This document shows, piece by piece, positions 28,725 to 38,138 of a stretch of DNA of 64,000 nucleotides (within the stretch, counting starts at the first letter, position 1; every line of letters begins with the position of its first letter). The notes under the pieces were generated by a model. That model saw nothing but the letters and a program-made list of their open reading frames with translations. It was not told the DNA's origin and searched no databases. Location: positions 1,022-65,021 of the forward strand of contig CAZPYM010000001.1 of assembly GCA_964590105.1 (NCBI GenBank), given 5' to 3'. The stretch comes from an uncultured Gammaproteobacteria bacterium (GTDB lineage Bacteria; Patescibacteriota; Patescibacteriia; UBA11705; JABHMO01). A program made the translations under genes and the position numbers.

Positions 28725-28908
28725 AAATTTCAATAATCAAATCCAATATGACGGAGCGCTCCGGTTTGTTGATGGCGAGAGTTCAGGCATTGAGGTTTTT
28801 TCTTTAGCAGAGTTAAAACAAGAAATAAAAGAAAAACCGGAAAAGTTTACAGAAGACATTAAATACATGATGATAAAATTTAATAAATATATTAAAGCAA
28901 TTAAATAA
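28717..28908 (+). pseudogene. short ORF resembling the C-terminal fragment of a NUDIX/IDI-like hydrolase
   Basis: YDGALRFVDGESSGIEVFSLAELKQEIKEKPEKFT resembles NUDIX C-termini; no Nudix box present. Confidence 0.35.
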
Positions 28909-28909
28909 A

Positions 28910-30001
28910 ATGAAAATAATTTTTGTCGGAGGCGGCACAATCGGATCAGTCAGTCCATTACTGGCGATCAAAGACAAGTTGATCGAGCAAAAAATTTGTT
29001 CAGATTTTTTGTGGATTGGCACAGAGGGCGGGATTGAAAAGCAGATTATCGAAAAGGAAAAATTGCCTTATTTTAGCGTAAAATGTGGTAAAATTAGAAG
29101 ATATTTTTCTCTCAAAAATTTTTCTGCGCCATTTTTAACTCTGTTTGGAGTTTTTCAGTCGCTGAAAATTATTTGGAAATACAAGCCTGATGCCGTGCTG
29201 TCCGCCGGCAGTTTTGTGGGCGTGCCGGCAGTGATTGCCGCGAGAATTTTGCGGCGCAAAACATTTATTCATCAGCAGGATATCCGGCCGGGCCTTGCCA
29301 ATAAACTTTGCGCGCCGTGGGCCACAACAGTCACTGTTAGCTTCGAACAGTCAAAAAAATATTTTTCAGCGGCCAAGACCATTGTGACTGGTAATCCGGT
29401 CAGAGAGAAAATATTTAATGGGAGGAAAGACGAAGCAATAAAAAAATTTGGTTTGGAGGCTGATCTGCCGACACTACTTATTATGGGCGGAAGTTTGGGG
29501 GCGGAAAAACTGAATGAGCTGGTATTTGGCGCCGTACCGTATTTAATAGATTTTTGTCAGATAATTCATATTACTGGCATGGGACAGATTATTGACTGGG
29601 AGGACAAAGAAAAATTTGGCGTCAGGGCGAGCCGCTATCATTCAATCGAATATTTATATGATGATTTAGTCGAGGCTTATGCAGTTGCGGATCTGGTTGT
29701 CTGCCGCTCCGGCATGTCAACGCTGACCGAACTCGCGGCGCTCAAAAAAGCCATTGTTACGATTCCTATTCCCGACAATCAGCAAGAAGAGAACGCCCAA
29801 TATTTTGACAGCAAAAACGCGATTGTTATTTTGGATCAGGAAAAAACCTCGAGCAATGATTTTTTCATTATTATCAAGGGGTTAATGGAAAATGTTAATA
29901 GTTTGGAGCGGCTGCGGGACAATATTGCTCCCGTTATGATCAGCGAGGCAACAAAACGATACGTTGATTTGTTAGTTTCCTCGCTTACAGCAAAAAAATA
30001 A
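28910..30001 (+). CDS. murG: undecaprenyl-PP-MurNAc-pentapeptide GlcNAc transferase MurG
   Basis: GGGTIGSVSP, HQQD..PGLANK, VTGNPVR, GGSLGA, CRSGMSTLTE, QEENA. Confidence 0.93.
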   Translation: MKIIFVGGGTIGSVSPLLAIKDKLIEQKICSDFLWIGTEGGIEKQIIEKEKLPYFSVKCGKIRRYFSLKNFSAPFLTLFGVFQSLKIIWKYKPDAVLSAGSFVGVPAVIAARILRRKTFIHQQDIRPGLANKLCAPWATTVTVSFEQSKKYFSAAKTIVTGNPVREKIFNGRKDEAIKKFGLEADLPTLLIMGGSLGAEKLNELVFGAVPYLIDFCQIIHITGMGQIIDWEDKEKFGVRASRYHSIEYLYDDLVEAYAVADLVVCRSGMSTLTELAALKKAIVTIPIPDNQQEENAQYFDSKNAIVILDQEKTSSNDFFIIIKGLMENVNSLERLRDNIAPVMISEATKRYVDLLVSSLTAKK

Positions 30002-30010
30002 GAGTATTGT

Positions 30011-30652
30011 ATGAATAAAAACAATGAGTTTCATTTGCGTGAAAATGAAAAAATAATCGAGGAAGTTTATCACCATTTAGTCATTGTTGTACCGCATTTA
30101 ATCGTGGCGCTTCTGATTATAATTCTAAATTTTTTTCTAATGTATTTTTTATTTTTGCAAGGCTGGTGGGGCGTTGCTTTATTTGTGGCAGTCATTCTCC
30201 TTGTGGTTTTTTATGTCCTGCGGCTATTTTTCCTTTATCGCAAAAACAAATTTTTAATTACCAATAAAAGGATCGTTGATTTTGAACAGCCAGGTTTTTT
30301 TGAGAAGTTTATTAATGAATTTCCTTTTCCAAAAATTGTAGAGGTCAAAGCGATTGTCAAGGGTGTCTGGCCGACCATTTTTCGCTACGGAAATTTAAAA
30401 TTAATGCTAGCCGAAGACTTGGGTCCATTCGAGCTTTACAAAATATCCAATCCTGCCAAATTGCAATATTTAATAAATGAAATGCTGCAAAGTAATGAGG
30501 CTAGCGAGGCGGCAAAAGCGTCAAAATGCGTTGATTCGATTTCAATGGTAATGGCGGAGATTTCACTCCTGACTACCAATGAGAAAGAGGAAATTATCCG
30601 GAGGATAGAACAGCAGCTCCTGGATGGCAGGGGCAAGGTTGGCGCGGAATAA
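30011..30652 (+). CDS. bacterial PH-domain membrane protein
   Basis: LRENEKII, two TM helices, FLITNKRIVD..Q.GFF, FRYGNL, I.NP. Confidence 0.75.
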   Translation: MNKNNEFHLRENEKIIEEVYHHLVIVVPHLIVALLIIILNFFLMYFLFLQGWWGVALFVAVILLVVFYVLRLFFLYRKNKFLITNKRIVDFEQPGFFEKFINEFPFPKIVEVKAIVKGVWPTIFRYGNLKLMLAEDLGPFELYKISNPAKLQYLINEMLQSNEASEAAKASKCVDSISMVMAEISLLTTNEKEEIIRRIEQQLLDGRGKVGAE

Positions 30653-30702
30653 CGAATAAATTATAGGTTTTTAATAATTTAATTCCTGTGCTATAATATT
30701 TT

Positions 30703-31128
30703 ATGAGAAAAGAAATTCGTCAGAAAAAACAGAGGAGTTTTTTTTCGAGTTTTGCCATAGTTTTTGGGATCATTTTCTTGGCTGTGCTCTGCCTGGGTAT
30801 AGTGCAGGAATACGCAAAGCGGAGTGAACTGGACCGGGAAGTTGCCGGCCTGGAGCAGGAACTGGAAAAATTGAAATTTCAGAAAAATAATTTTTTGAGT
30901 TCTATTGAAACATATCAGACTGAATTTTTTGTCGAGCAGGAGGCCAGAACAAAATTCAATCTCAAAAAACCCGGCGAAAAAGTTTCTGTTATTCCGACTC
31001 AGGGAATTGGATTAGTCAGTAGTGGCAATAATCAGCTGGCGGCAAACGGGCAAGACTCTTTTACTGTGACTGAATCAGCCTTGCAGAATGCGCTTAATTG
31101 GTGGGATTATTTTTTCAAGCAAACTTGA
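30703..31128 (+). CDS. septum formation initiator (FtsB/DivIC family)
   Basis: TM plus coiled coil plus VEQEARTKFNLKKPGEKV. Confidence 0.8.
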   Translation: MRKEIRQKKQRSFFSSFAIVFGIIFLAVLCLGIVQEYAKRSELDREVAGLEQELEKLKFQKNNFLSSIETYQTEFFVEQEARTKFNLKKPGEKVSVIPTQGIGLVSSGNNQLAANGQDSFTVTESALQNALNWWDYFFKQT

Positions 31129-31269
31129 AAGAATAAGAAATTAATAAATTAAAAATTAAGAAATTAAGAAAACAAGAAAACAAGAAATTGGGAAGCCTGA
31201 TAGTTAGAAATAATAAAACACCTGGCCGTCTCGCCAAGGCGAGGGCGGAGGGAATAAAAAAAATAATTT

Positions 31270-32319
31270 ATGGAAACAGAAAATGGACATGGGGCTTGCG
31301 AGCATCATGAGCATCACGCTCATAATGATGATAAAAATTCATCGGAGCATAACAGTGGCAGTCAATGGGAAAAATTAGCCCAGCGAGGTGAAGTTTTGGC
31401 CGCCGGCATTGGGAAGAAAATAAAAAAAACTAATAAAAAAATTGTTCTGCTGATAGTGAGCATTTTGGTTTTAATTGTCTGCGCGCTCGGAGCGGCTGGT
31501 TTTGGCGTTTATTATTTCAAATGGAACAACAGTTTTATAAATGGCGTGACGAAAGTCCTGCCTTATCCGGCCGCGATTGTTGACGGTCGGATTATTACTT
31601 ATCAGGATTGGCGATATGAAGTGGAAGCGGTGACCAAGTTTAGCCAGAAAAAATTTGGGGAAGCCAAGCCGCAAGAAATCGAAAAAGAAGTTTTGGATAA
31701 ATTAATTTATCAAATGATATTTAAAAAAATTGCCAGAGAATATAAGATTGAAGCGCTGGATGCGGATGTTGAAAAAAGTTTAGAACAAATTGAGAGCCAA
31801 ATGGGCGGAAAAGAAGAAACAGAAAAAGCGGTTGCGGATTTTTTTGGCTGGGATATGGCGACTTTCAAAGAGAGAATTGTCCGGCCGGAAACATTAAAAC
31901 AAAAGCTTTATGAAGGGCTCGGCCAGTCAGAAAAATTTTTGAAGCAAACGGAAAAAAGGGCTCAGCAAGTGTTAAAAGAGGTGAAAGCCGGGGACAAAAG
32001 CTTTGAAGAACTGGCCACGGAATATAGTGAGGATCCTGGTTCAGCGGAAAATGGCGGTGATTTGGGTTGGTTCCCAAAAGGGGTGATGGTCAAGGAATTT
32101 GAAGACGCGGCCTTTGCCTTGAATTCGGGAGAAGTCAGCGATTTGATTAAAACGGATTATGGCTATCATATTATAAAATTGAAAGACCGGCGGCAGTCAG
32201 AAGAAGGTGAGGAAGAAATAAATGCCAGCCATATTCTGATCCGTTTTACTGATTTTGATAAGTATTTGACAGAGTATGAAAACAAGGCAACAATTTATAA
32301 ATTTGTTGCCTTGGATTAG
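31270..32319 (+). CDS. PrsA/SurA-type parvulin peptidyl-prolyl isomerase
   Basis: [33 protein letters not shown]...GYHIIK; ASHILI. Confidence 0.9.
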   Translation: METENGHGACEHHEHHAHNDDKNSSEHNSGSQWEKLAQRGEVLAAGIGKKIKKTNKKIVLLIVSILVLIVCALGAAGFGVYYFKWNNSFINGVTKVLPYPAAIVDGRIITYQDWRYEVEAVTKFSQKKFGEAKPQEIEKEVLDKLIYQMIFKKIAREYKIEALDADVEKSLEQIESQMGGKEETEKAVADFFGWDMATFKERIVRPETLKQKLYEGLGQSEKFLKQTEKRAQQVLKEVKAGDKSFEELATEYSEDPGSAENGGDLGWFPKGVMVKEFEDAAFALNSGEVSDLIKTDYGYHIIKLKDRRQSEEGEEEINASHILIRFTDFDKYLTEYENKATIYKFVALD

Positions 32320-32365
32320 TTTACTAAATAATTCTTACTTAAGGCTGAGACTGTTTTCTGAAAAA

Positions 32366-32440
32366 TGGAGCCGACCGTGGGAATCGAACCCACGACCTAC
32401 GCGTTACGAGTGCGTTGCTCTACCACTGAGCTAGGTCGGC
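32366..32440 (-). tRNA. tRNA-Thr(CGT)
   Basis: Minus strand GCCGACC-TAGCTCAGTGGTAGAGC...CT-CGT-AA...GGTTCGATT...GGTCGGC-TCCA. Confidence 0.95.
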
Positions 32441-32465
32441 GTCAGTTAAATAATAATAGATTTAA

Positions 32466-33239
32466 ATGAATTGCGCAAATATAGAGAGAAAATATTGGTT
32501 GGCGTCAGGAGTGATTGCTCTTTTTGCTTGTCTTGTGGCTGGCGGAGCGGCAATGGCTATGACTGTAACGCTGATTACTGATATTAATATTGATCAGGCA
32601 ACGATTTCCCGCGGTTATACCGTGACTAGCAATGATCAAAATTTCCGTTTGGGAATTTATCCGGAAGTATTGGCCGAAGAAACAAGAGTTGTCATTAAGC
32701 AGTACGATTGCGAGTTATTTGAATATCCTGAAAATTGGCTACCGGCGAGTGATGTGTATGAATTTGATATTTTTAATAAGCAGGCATTTAAAAATGAAAA
32801 ACCGCTAAAAATCAGAATTAAAACTTTGGACCAAACAAATAATCTAAAAAAAATATTTTTTTGGAACGGAGTTCTGAGTGAATGGGTCGAATTGCCGTCT
32901 GAAGTCGGCGACTCGGAAACCATGAAATCAATTTTACATTTGCCGTACGCCAAGATGATTGTTCTGGAAAATAAAAACATCTTACAAATCGGCGACGCCA
33001 GCTGGTATGGATACAAGGGGTGCCTGTGCGCGGCTTCGCCTGATTATGAAAAAGGAACCATGCTCAATGTTAAAGACTTGGATAGCGGCAAAGAAGTTGT
33101 CGTCAAGGTGAATGATTACGGACCTGACCGCTCGCTTTTTCCAAATAGAGTGGTTGATCTGGACAAAATCGCATTTCAAAAACTTGGTAAATTGAGTTGT
33201 GGGATTTTGCGCAATGTTTTGGTGACAAAAGTAAATTAA
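32466..33239 (+). CDS. rlpA: RlpA-like double-psi beta-barrel protein (septal lytic transglycosylase family)
   Basis: GDASWY...AAS...GT.L.V...GKEVVVKVNDYGP...RVVDLDKIAF. Confidence 0.75.
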   Translation: MNCANIERKYWLASGVIALFACLVAGGAAMAMTVTLITDINIDQATISRGYTVTSNDQNFRLGIYPEVLAEETRVVIKQYDCELFEYPENWLPASDVYEFDIFNKQAFKNEKPLKIRIKTLDQTNNLKKIFFWNGVLSEWVELPSEVGDSETMKSILHLPYAKMIVLENKNILQIGDASWYGYKGCLCAASPDYEKGTMLNVKDLDSGKEVVVKVNDYGPDRSLFPNRVVDLDKIAFQKLGKLSCGILRNVLVTKVN

Positions 33240-33280
33240 AAATTTTTCATGGTAGTGTTTCAAAAAATTAAAACAAAATT

Positions 33281-33961
33281 ATGATAAAATTTCATCAAGT
33301 GACAAAATACTACCCGCCGGACACCTATGCGCTCAAAGGTGTTAGTTTGCGAGTGACGCCTGGGGAATTTGTTTCAATTATTGGACAAAGTGGCAGTGGA
33401 AAAACGACGTTGGTAAAATTGTTAACAGCTGAAGAGAGATTGACTAATGGCAGTATTGATATCAGCGGCTGGGATATTTCCAATATTAATTACCGGGAGG
33501 TACCGATATTGCGGCGTCAGATTGGCGTTATTTTTCAGGATTACAAATTACTGCCACAAAAAACTGTTTACGAAAATATTGCTTTTGCGCTCGAAGCCTG
33601 CGGCGCATCGAATTCAAAAATAAAAAAAATTGTTCCGCAAATACTAAGGGTTGTGAATTTGGGACACAAGGTGGACAAATATCCGCGCCAGCTTTCCGGC
33701 GGTGAACAACAGCGGGTGGGGATTGCGCGGTCTTTGATTCACAGGCCAAAAATTTTAGTGGCGGATGAACCAACCGGTAATTTGGATTTGGCGAATACAA
33801 AAGAAATTATTGAATTATTGCAAAAAATAAATGAGCTCGGAACAACAGTATTATTAGTAACTCATAATCGGGATGTAGTGAACATGTTGAAGAAAAGAGT
33901 CGTTGTACTTGACCGCGGACAAGTTGTCAGCGATCAAAAAGTTGGACGTTATGTGATCTAA
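33281..33961 (+). CDS. ftsE: cell division ATP-binding protein FtsE
   Basis: GQSGSGKTT, LRRQIGVIFQDYKLL, LSGGEQQRV, ADEPTGNLD; adjacent to ftsX. Confidence 0.95.
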   Translation: MIKFHQVTKYYPPDTYALKGVSLRVTPGEFVSIIGQSGSGKTTLVKLLTAEERLTNGSIDISGWDISNINYREVPILRRQIGVIFQDYKLLPQKTVYENIAFALEACGASNSKIKKIVPQILRVVNLGHKVDKYPRQLSGGEQQRVGIARSLIHRPKILVADEPTGNLDLANTKEIIELLQKINELGTTVLLVTHNRDVVNMLKKRVVVLDRGQVVSDQKVGRYVI

Positions 33962-33980
33962 AAAAATAAATATAAAATTT

Positions 33981-34895
33981 GTGAATCATTCTTCTCTTCG
34001 AGTATTAAAATACGCTTTTCAGGATTTCGGACGTAATATCTGGCTTTCAATTGTGACGATTACCGTTTTGGTTTTAGCTTTGCTGTCTGTGAATATTCTG
34101 ATTTCTTTGAATGCGATTTCAGATAGCATCGTGGGGTCAGTCAAAGACAGGGTAGATGTGAGTGTTTTTTTCAAAAAAGAAACTCCCCAGGCTACGGTTG
34201 ATAATTTTCAGGAAAAAATAAGAGTTTTGCCGGAAGTCAAAGAAGTCGTCTTTATTGCCAAGGATCAGGCGTTGGTTGAGTTTACGGAAAAACACCGCGA
34301 TGACCCGGCCATTCTTGAAGCGTTAAAGGAAGTGGAGAAAAATCCTTTGATGGATGCGCTCATTATCAAGGCGCAAAACACTGAAGATTATCAGCAAATA
34401 TTAACGATCTTGAATTCAGCGGAAAATCAGGAAATTATTAAATATCAAAATTACACTGATCATCGGAAAATCATCGACCGCATCACTGTTATCAGCGATA
34501 AAGTCGGGAAAGTCAGCCTTGGGCTTACGGGGATTTTTTCTTTGATAGCGATTTTAATTGTTTTTAATGCTATTCGCGTGACAATTTATACGCACCGCGA
34601 AGATATTGGAGTAATGCGTCTGGTCGGAGCCAACAATTCATTTATTCGGGCGCCGTTTCTTTTGGAAGGAGTTCTGTATGCTGTTTTCGCCAGTTTAATA
34701 ACCGTGCTTTTGCTTTATGCGATTTTTGGCGCGATCGGCCCGTACCTTAGTTCATTCCTGGAAACATATAATTTTAATCTGGTGGAATACTATAATAGCA
34801 ATTTTGTTGAAATAGTTGTCCCGGAGCTTTTAGCGGTTATTTTACTTAATGTTGTGAGCAGTAGTATTGCCGTTGGGCGGTATTTAAAGGTTTGA
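33981..34895 (+). CDS. ftsX: cell division permease FtsX
   Basis: RNIWLS...NPL...NAIRVTIYTHREDIGVMRLVGANNSFIRAPFLLEG. Confidence 0.93.
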   Translation: MNHSSLRVLKYAFQDFGRNIWLSIVTITVLVLALLSVNILISLNAISDSIVGSVKDRVDVSVFFKKETPQATVDNFQEKIRVLPEVKEVVFIAKDQALVEFTEKHRDDPAILEALKEVEKNPLMDALIIKAQNTEDYQQILTILNSAENQEIIKYQNYTDHRKIIDRITVISDKVGKVSLGLTGIFSLIAILIVFNAIRVTIYTHREDIGVMRLVGANNSFIRAPFLLEGVLYAVFASLITVLLLYAIFGAIGPYLSSFLETYNFNLVEYYNSNFVEIVVPELLAVILLNVVSSSIAVGRYLKV

Positions 34896-35018
34896 CATAA
34901 GCGAGAAAATAAGCTAAAGTTGACGCGCGCAAATGGAAAATAGTTATTTATAATTGCTTGTTAAGATGAATCCTGAATTTTTGTTGAATCTTGAATTTTG
35001 AGTTTAGGGTTTTATTGT

Positions 35019-35108
<90 letters not shown>

Positions 35109-35112
35109 CTCG

Positions 35113-35254
35113 ACTCGCTACGCTCGCTCGTAGTCTTCGACCAGGCATTGAAAGACGAGTCGAGTGCCTCAAGCGAACGGAGTGAGTCGAGGGGCAAGTT
35201 ACTCGCTACGCTCGCTCGTGGTCTTCGACCAGGCATTGAAAGACGAGTCGAGTG
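35113..35254 (+). repeat. two 54-bp direct repeats (one mismatch) containing REP-like hairpins
   Basis: ACTCGCTACGCTCGCTCGTRGTCTTCGACCAGGCATTGAAAGACGAGTCGAGTG at 35113-35166 and 35201-35254. Confidence 0.88.
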
Positions 35255-35275
35255 GCCAGGCATAAAATTATTAGT

Positions 35276-35554
35276 ATGGGTTATTTTGTATATTTTGCGC
35301 GTTGTCAGGATAAGAGTTTGTATATCGGTTGTACTGATGATCCGAATCAACGATTAAAGCGTCATAATAGAGGTGAAGGAAGCGAATGGATTAAACAGCA
35401 TGGTCCGGCAGAAATAGTATATTTTGAAGAATAGGATACTCTTATTGAAGCGAGAAGAAGAGAGCGGCAAGTAAAAAAATGGAGTCGAGTCAAGAAAGAA
35501 AATTTGATTAAGTGGGGGCATCCAATTCCCGAAAAATTGAAGGAGAAAAAATAA
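35276..35554 (+). pseudogene. GIY-YIG nuclease interrupted by an in-frame TAG
   Basis: MGYFVYFARCQDKSLYIGCT...YFEE*DTLIEARRRERQVKKWSRVKKENLI...; TAG at 35432-35434 and the frame continues to TAA at 35554. Confidence 0.85.
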
Positions 35555-35646
35555 GGAGAGATGGCTGAGCGGTTGAAGGCGACGGTCTTGAAAACCGTTG
35601 AACCTGTCAAAGGGTTCCGTGGGTTCGAATCCCACTCTCTCCGCCA
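35555..35646 (+). tRNA. tRNA-Ser(TGA)
   Basis: GGAGAGA acceptor, loop CT-TGA-AA, long variable arm, GGTTCGAATCC, encoded CCA. Confidence 0.95.
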
Positions 35647-35776
35647 TAAACCACTTACCCCTTCGGGGTTATAGTAGTCCACCGAATAAGCAGTAATAAT
35701 TTCTAAAAATAAGACAAAAATAAAAAGCCCCGCACTAGTCCTCGCTCTGCTCGGACGGTTCAGGGCAAGCAAAAAT

Positions 35777-36298
35777 ATGAAAAAGCATTTAATTCGCCTC
35801 CTAACGCCACATATACCGGAGGATGTTGGCGACGTTCATGTCAGTTGGGAGTTTCCGGAGTATGTTCAAATGCCTCGGACTCGCCTGTGGTATATAATTG
35901 TCTCTATTGTCTTGGCTTTGCTGGTCCTTTACGCTGTTCTCACCGCTAATTTTCTGTTCGCCATTATTCTGCTTCTTGGCGCTTTTATTTTGATTTTTCA
36001 GTATTTTCAACAGGCGAGGACTATCCCTGTAGTTATTGCGGAGGATGGAGTGATCGTGGACAGCCAGTTTTTTCCGTACCGTATACTGACAAGTTTCTCA
36101 ATTATTTACGAGCCGCCCGAGATCAAAATGCTGTATTTGGATTTCAGAAGCGACATGCGTCAGAGTCTGCCTATCCCGTTGGAAGATATTAATCCTTTGA
36201 AGGTCAGAGACGCTCTGCTTAATTACCTCGATGAAAATGTTGAACGTGAAGAAGAAGAGCTTGGTGAAACATTTGAAAGAGTTTTTCGGCTGCGTTAA
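35777..36298 (+). CDS. conserved membrane protein (two TM helices plus PH-like domain)
   Basis: W.FPEY...R...WY, two TM helices, I.EDGVIVD.QFFPY. Confidence 0.75.
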   Translation: MKKHLIRLLTPHIPEDVGDVHVSWEFPEYVQMPRTRLWYIIVSIVLALLVLYAVLTANFLFAIILLLGAFILIFQYFQQARTIPVVIAEDGVIVDSQFFPYRILTSFSIIYEPPEIKMLYLDFRSDMRQSLPIPLEDINPLKVRDALLNYLDENVEREEEELGETFERVFRLR

Positions 36299-36374
36299 AT
36301 AAATAGAATTTAATTGCTATTATTGCAATCTTTTGTGCTGTTTTAATTTTACTTTGAAAAGTTGAATTTTTTTT

Positions 36375-36449
36375 GTCCCCGTAGTTCAACGGATAGAATG
36401 TGAGCTTGCGGAGCTTAAGATCCAGGTTCGATTCCTGGCGGGGGCACCA
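36375..36449 (+). tRNA. tRNA-Arg(GCG)
   Basis: GTCCCCG acceptor, D-loop with A20 (CGGATAG), loop TT-GCG-GA, GGTTCGATTCC, encoded CCA. Confidence 0.92.
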
Positions 36450-36690
36450 AAATCAGTGGACGGCGCAGTGCGCCGACAACGAAAAAGCTGGTCAATTTTT
36501 TGAAAGTAAGATTTTGGTGTGTCTTTACGGTTTGGCTTGAACTCATTTGATTCGAAACTTCTGACCGAAACCAATCCCCCCGCCGCTCGCAAAGCTCGCG
36601 TGCCAAGCAAAAACATTTTCTTTGCATTTTTTGATTTCGCGCACCACCCTCAAATTTTTTTTAATTAAGAAAAAGAAAATATTTTTCCCT

Positions 36691-37293
36691 ATGGAACAGA
36701 AAAACAATGTGTGGATAATCGCTCTCACCATCATCGTCACTACAGTTGTGGTCGGTGGTGGAGTTTACCTGTGGCAACAAAACAAGGTTGTTCAGAAAGT
36801 AGTTATAGAGGTAGCAACTGATACAGCTGCGAACAAAGGGGAGCCAAAAGAACCTCTCACTTATTCAACAAGTGGCGTTTCCGTTTCTGTTTCCAAAGAG
36901 ACGGCACCATTTGGTTTCACCGCTGACCAGTTGGTATCAAGGGCGGAAGAGTGCGGCAACGAACAGACGGTAAGTTATTTTAATAGCATAGTTTCAAAAT
37001 TTAGCGGTGCAACTAGAAGCGTGTACAATTTTAAATACACTGGAGCAAGTCAAGGATCTGACACTTTTGTCGTAACACTTTTGCCAAACAAAACGGGTTA
37101 CTCCTCTCTTGATGAGTTCAAAAAAGATTTTGATCAGTGTTACGCCGGTGGAGACGCTTATCCTAAAATGCTCAATGATGATTGGATCCTTTTTGTCAAT
37201 TCCTGCGGAACTGGTTTTAGTGATGGCTCGGGTAACCCAATTGGATGCCAGGAAGTCCGAGATGTGATTGAACCAACATTAAAGCTCAACTAA
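36691..37293 (+). CDS. membrane-anchored extracytoplasmic protein
   Basis: ATG 36691; TM ending VGGGVYLWQ; four Cys in the outside domain. Confidence 0.75.
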   Translation: MEQKNNVWIIALTIIVTTVVVGGGVYLWQQNKVVQKVVIEVATDTAANKGEPKEPLTYSTSGVSVSVSKETAPFGFTADQLVSRAEECGNEQTVSYFNSIVSKFSGATRSVYNFKYTGASQGSDTFVVTLLPNKTGYSSLDEFKKDFDQCYAGGDAYPKMLNDDWILFVNSCGTGFSDGSGNPIGCQEVRDVIEPTLKLN

Positions 37294-37462
37294 AGATAAG
37301 GAACAAGGTTTAGCTGTTCAATTTGATTTATTAAAAGCTTAATTACAGTTATTGTCGCGCAATTTAGAGTGCTAGCCGGTGTTGCCGGATTATGTTTTGG
37401 AAATGGAAAATCGTGGAGAATCTATTTGGCAAGCTAAGGAAAAGATTTATTAACGCAAAAAT

Positions 37463-38122
37463 ATGAAAAAAATATTATATTTATCAATAGCCGTTTTTAT
37501 AACTGTTTTTATGGTCGGGTGCAGTCTACTGCCATCTTCAAAAAATATTGATGTTCCTTTTACATCCCAGGCGCCAGCCGGCAATTGGTCTGAACCGTGG
37601 AAAAACGCGTGTGAAGAAACTTCAATTTATATGGTTAGTAGTTTTTATGCTGATGATACAATCAAACGCGCCGAGGCTATTGAGAGGATTAAAGAAATAA
37701 TCGCCGCAAAAAATGCCGAATTTCAAATAAGTAAGGACGAGTCTTTACAAAAAATTTCAGAATTAATTATGTTGTTGGGGCTTCCTTGGGAAACAGAGAT
37801 AATAGAGAATCCTCCCATTGAAGATGTAAAAATACAGCTAGCTAATAATCAACCAATTATTGCCCCGGTTTTTGCGCCAGCTTTGGGCATTGCTGAAGAT
37901 GGTCCTGATTATCATGTTATGGTAATAACTGGGTATGATGACGCGACTAATGAATTTATTGTAAATGATCCAGCTCTAAAAAATGGTAAAGGAATCCGTT
38001 TTAAATATGATATCTTTATGAAAGCGATTCATGATTTAAACCAAACAAATTATAAGGCTGGTAAAAAAGCTTTGCTTTTTACTAAACTAAAAACAGGAAC
38101 CGATTGGTTCAATCTAAATTAA
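37463..38122 (+). CDS. C39-like cysteine peptidase lipoprotein
   Basis: Lipobox MVGC; VPFTSQAP..W..PW..ACEE.S (catalytic Cys); YHVMVITGYDD...VNDP. Confidence 0.85.
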   Translation: MKKILYLSIAVFITVFMVGCSLLPSSKNIDVPFTSQAPAGNWSEPWKNACEETSIYMVSSFYADDTIKRAEAIERIKEIIAAKNAEFQISKDESLQKISELIMLLGLPWETEIIENPPIEDVKIQLANNQPIIAPVFAPALGIAEDGPDYHVMVITGYDDATNEFIVNDPALKNGKGIRFKYDIFMKAIHDLNQTNYKAGKKALLFTKLKTGTDWFNLN

Positions 38123-38138
38123 TTAAAATTTACGTCTT

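Noticed and set aside
35113-35254. Mini-CRISPR (two repeats and one spacer)
   Set aside because: The 54-bp repeats are too long, and the intervening sequence is itself a complementary REP-like arm.
35432-35434. Stop-codon recoding (amber read-through or alternative genetic code)
   Set aside because: TAG and TGA terminate many clearly complete genes in this window, and no suppressor or Pyl tRNA is seen; a nonsense mutation is simpler.
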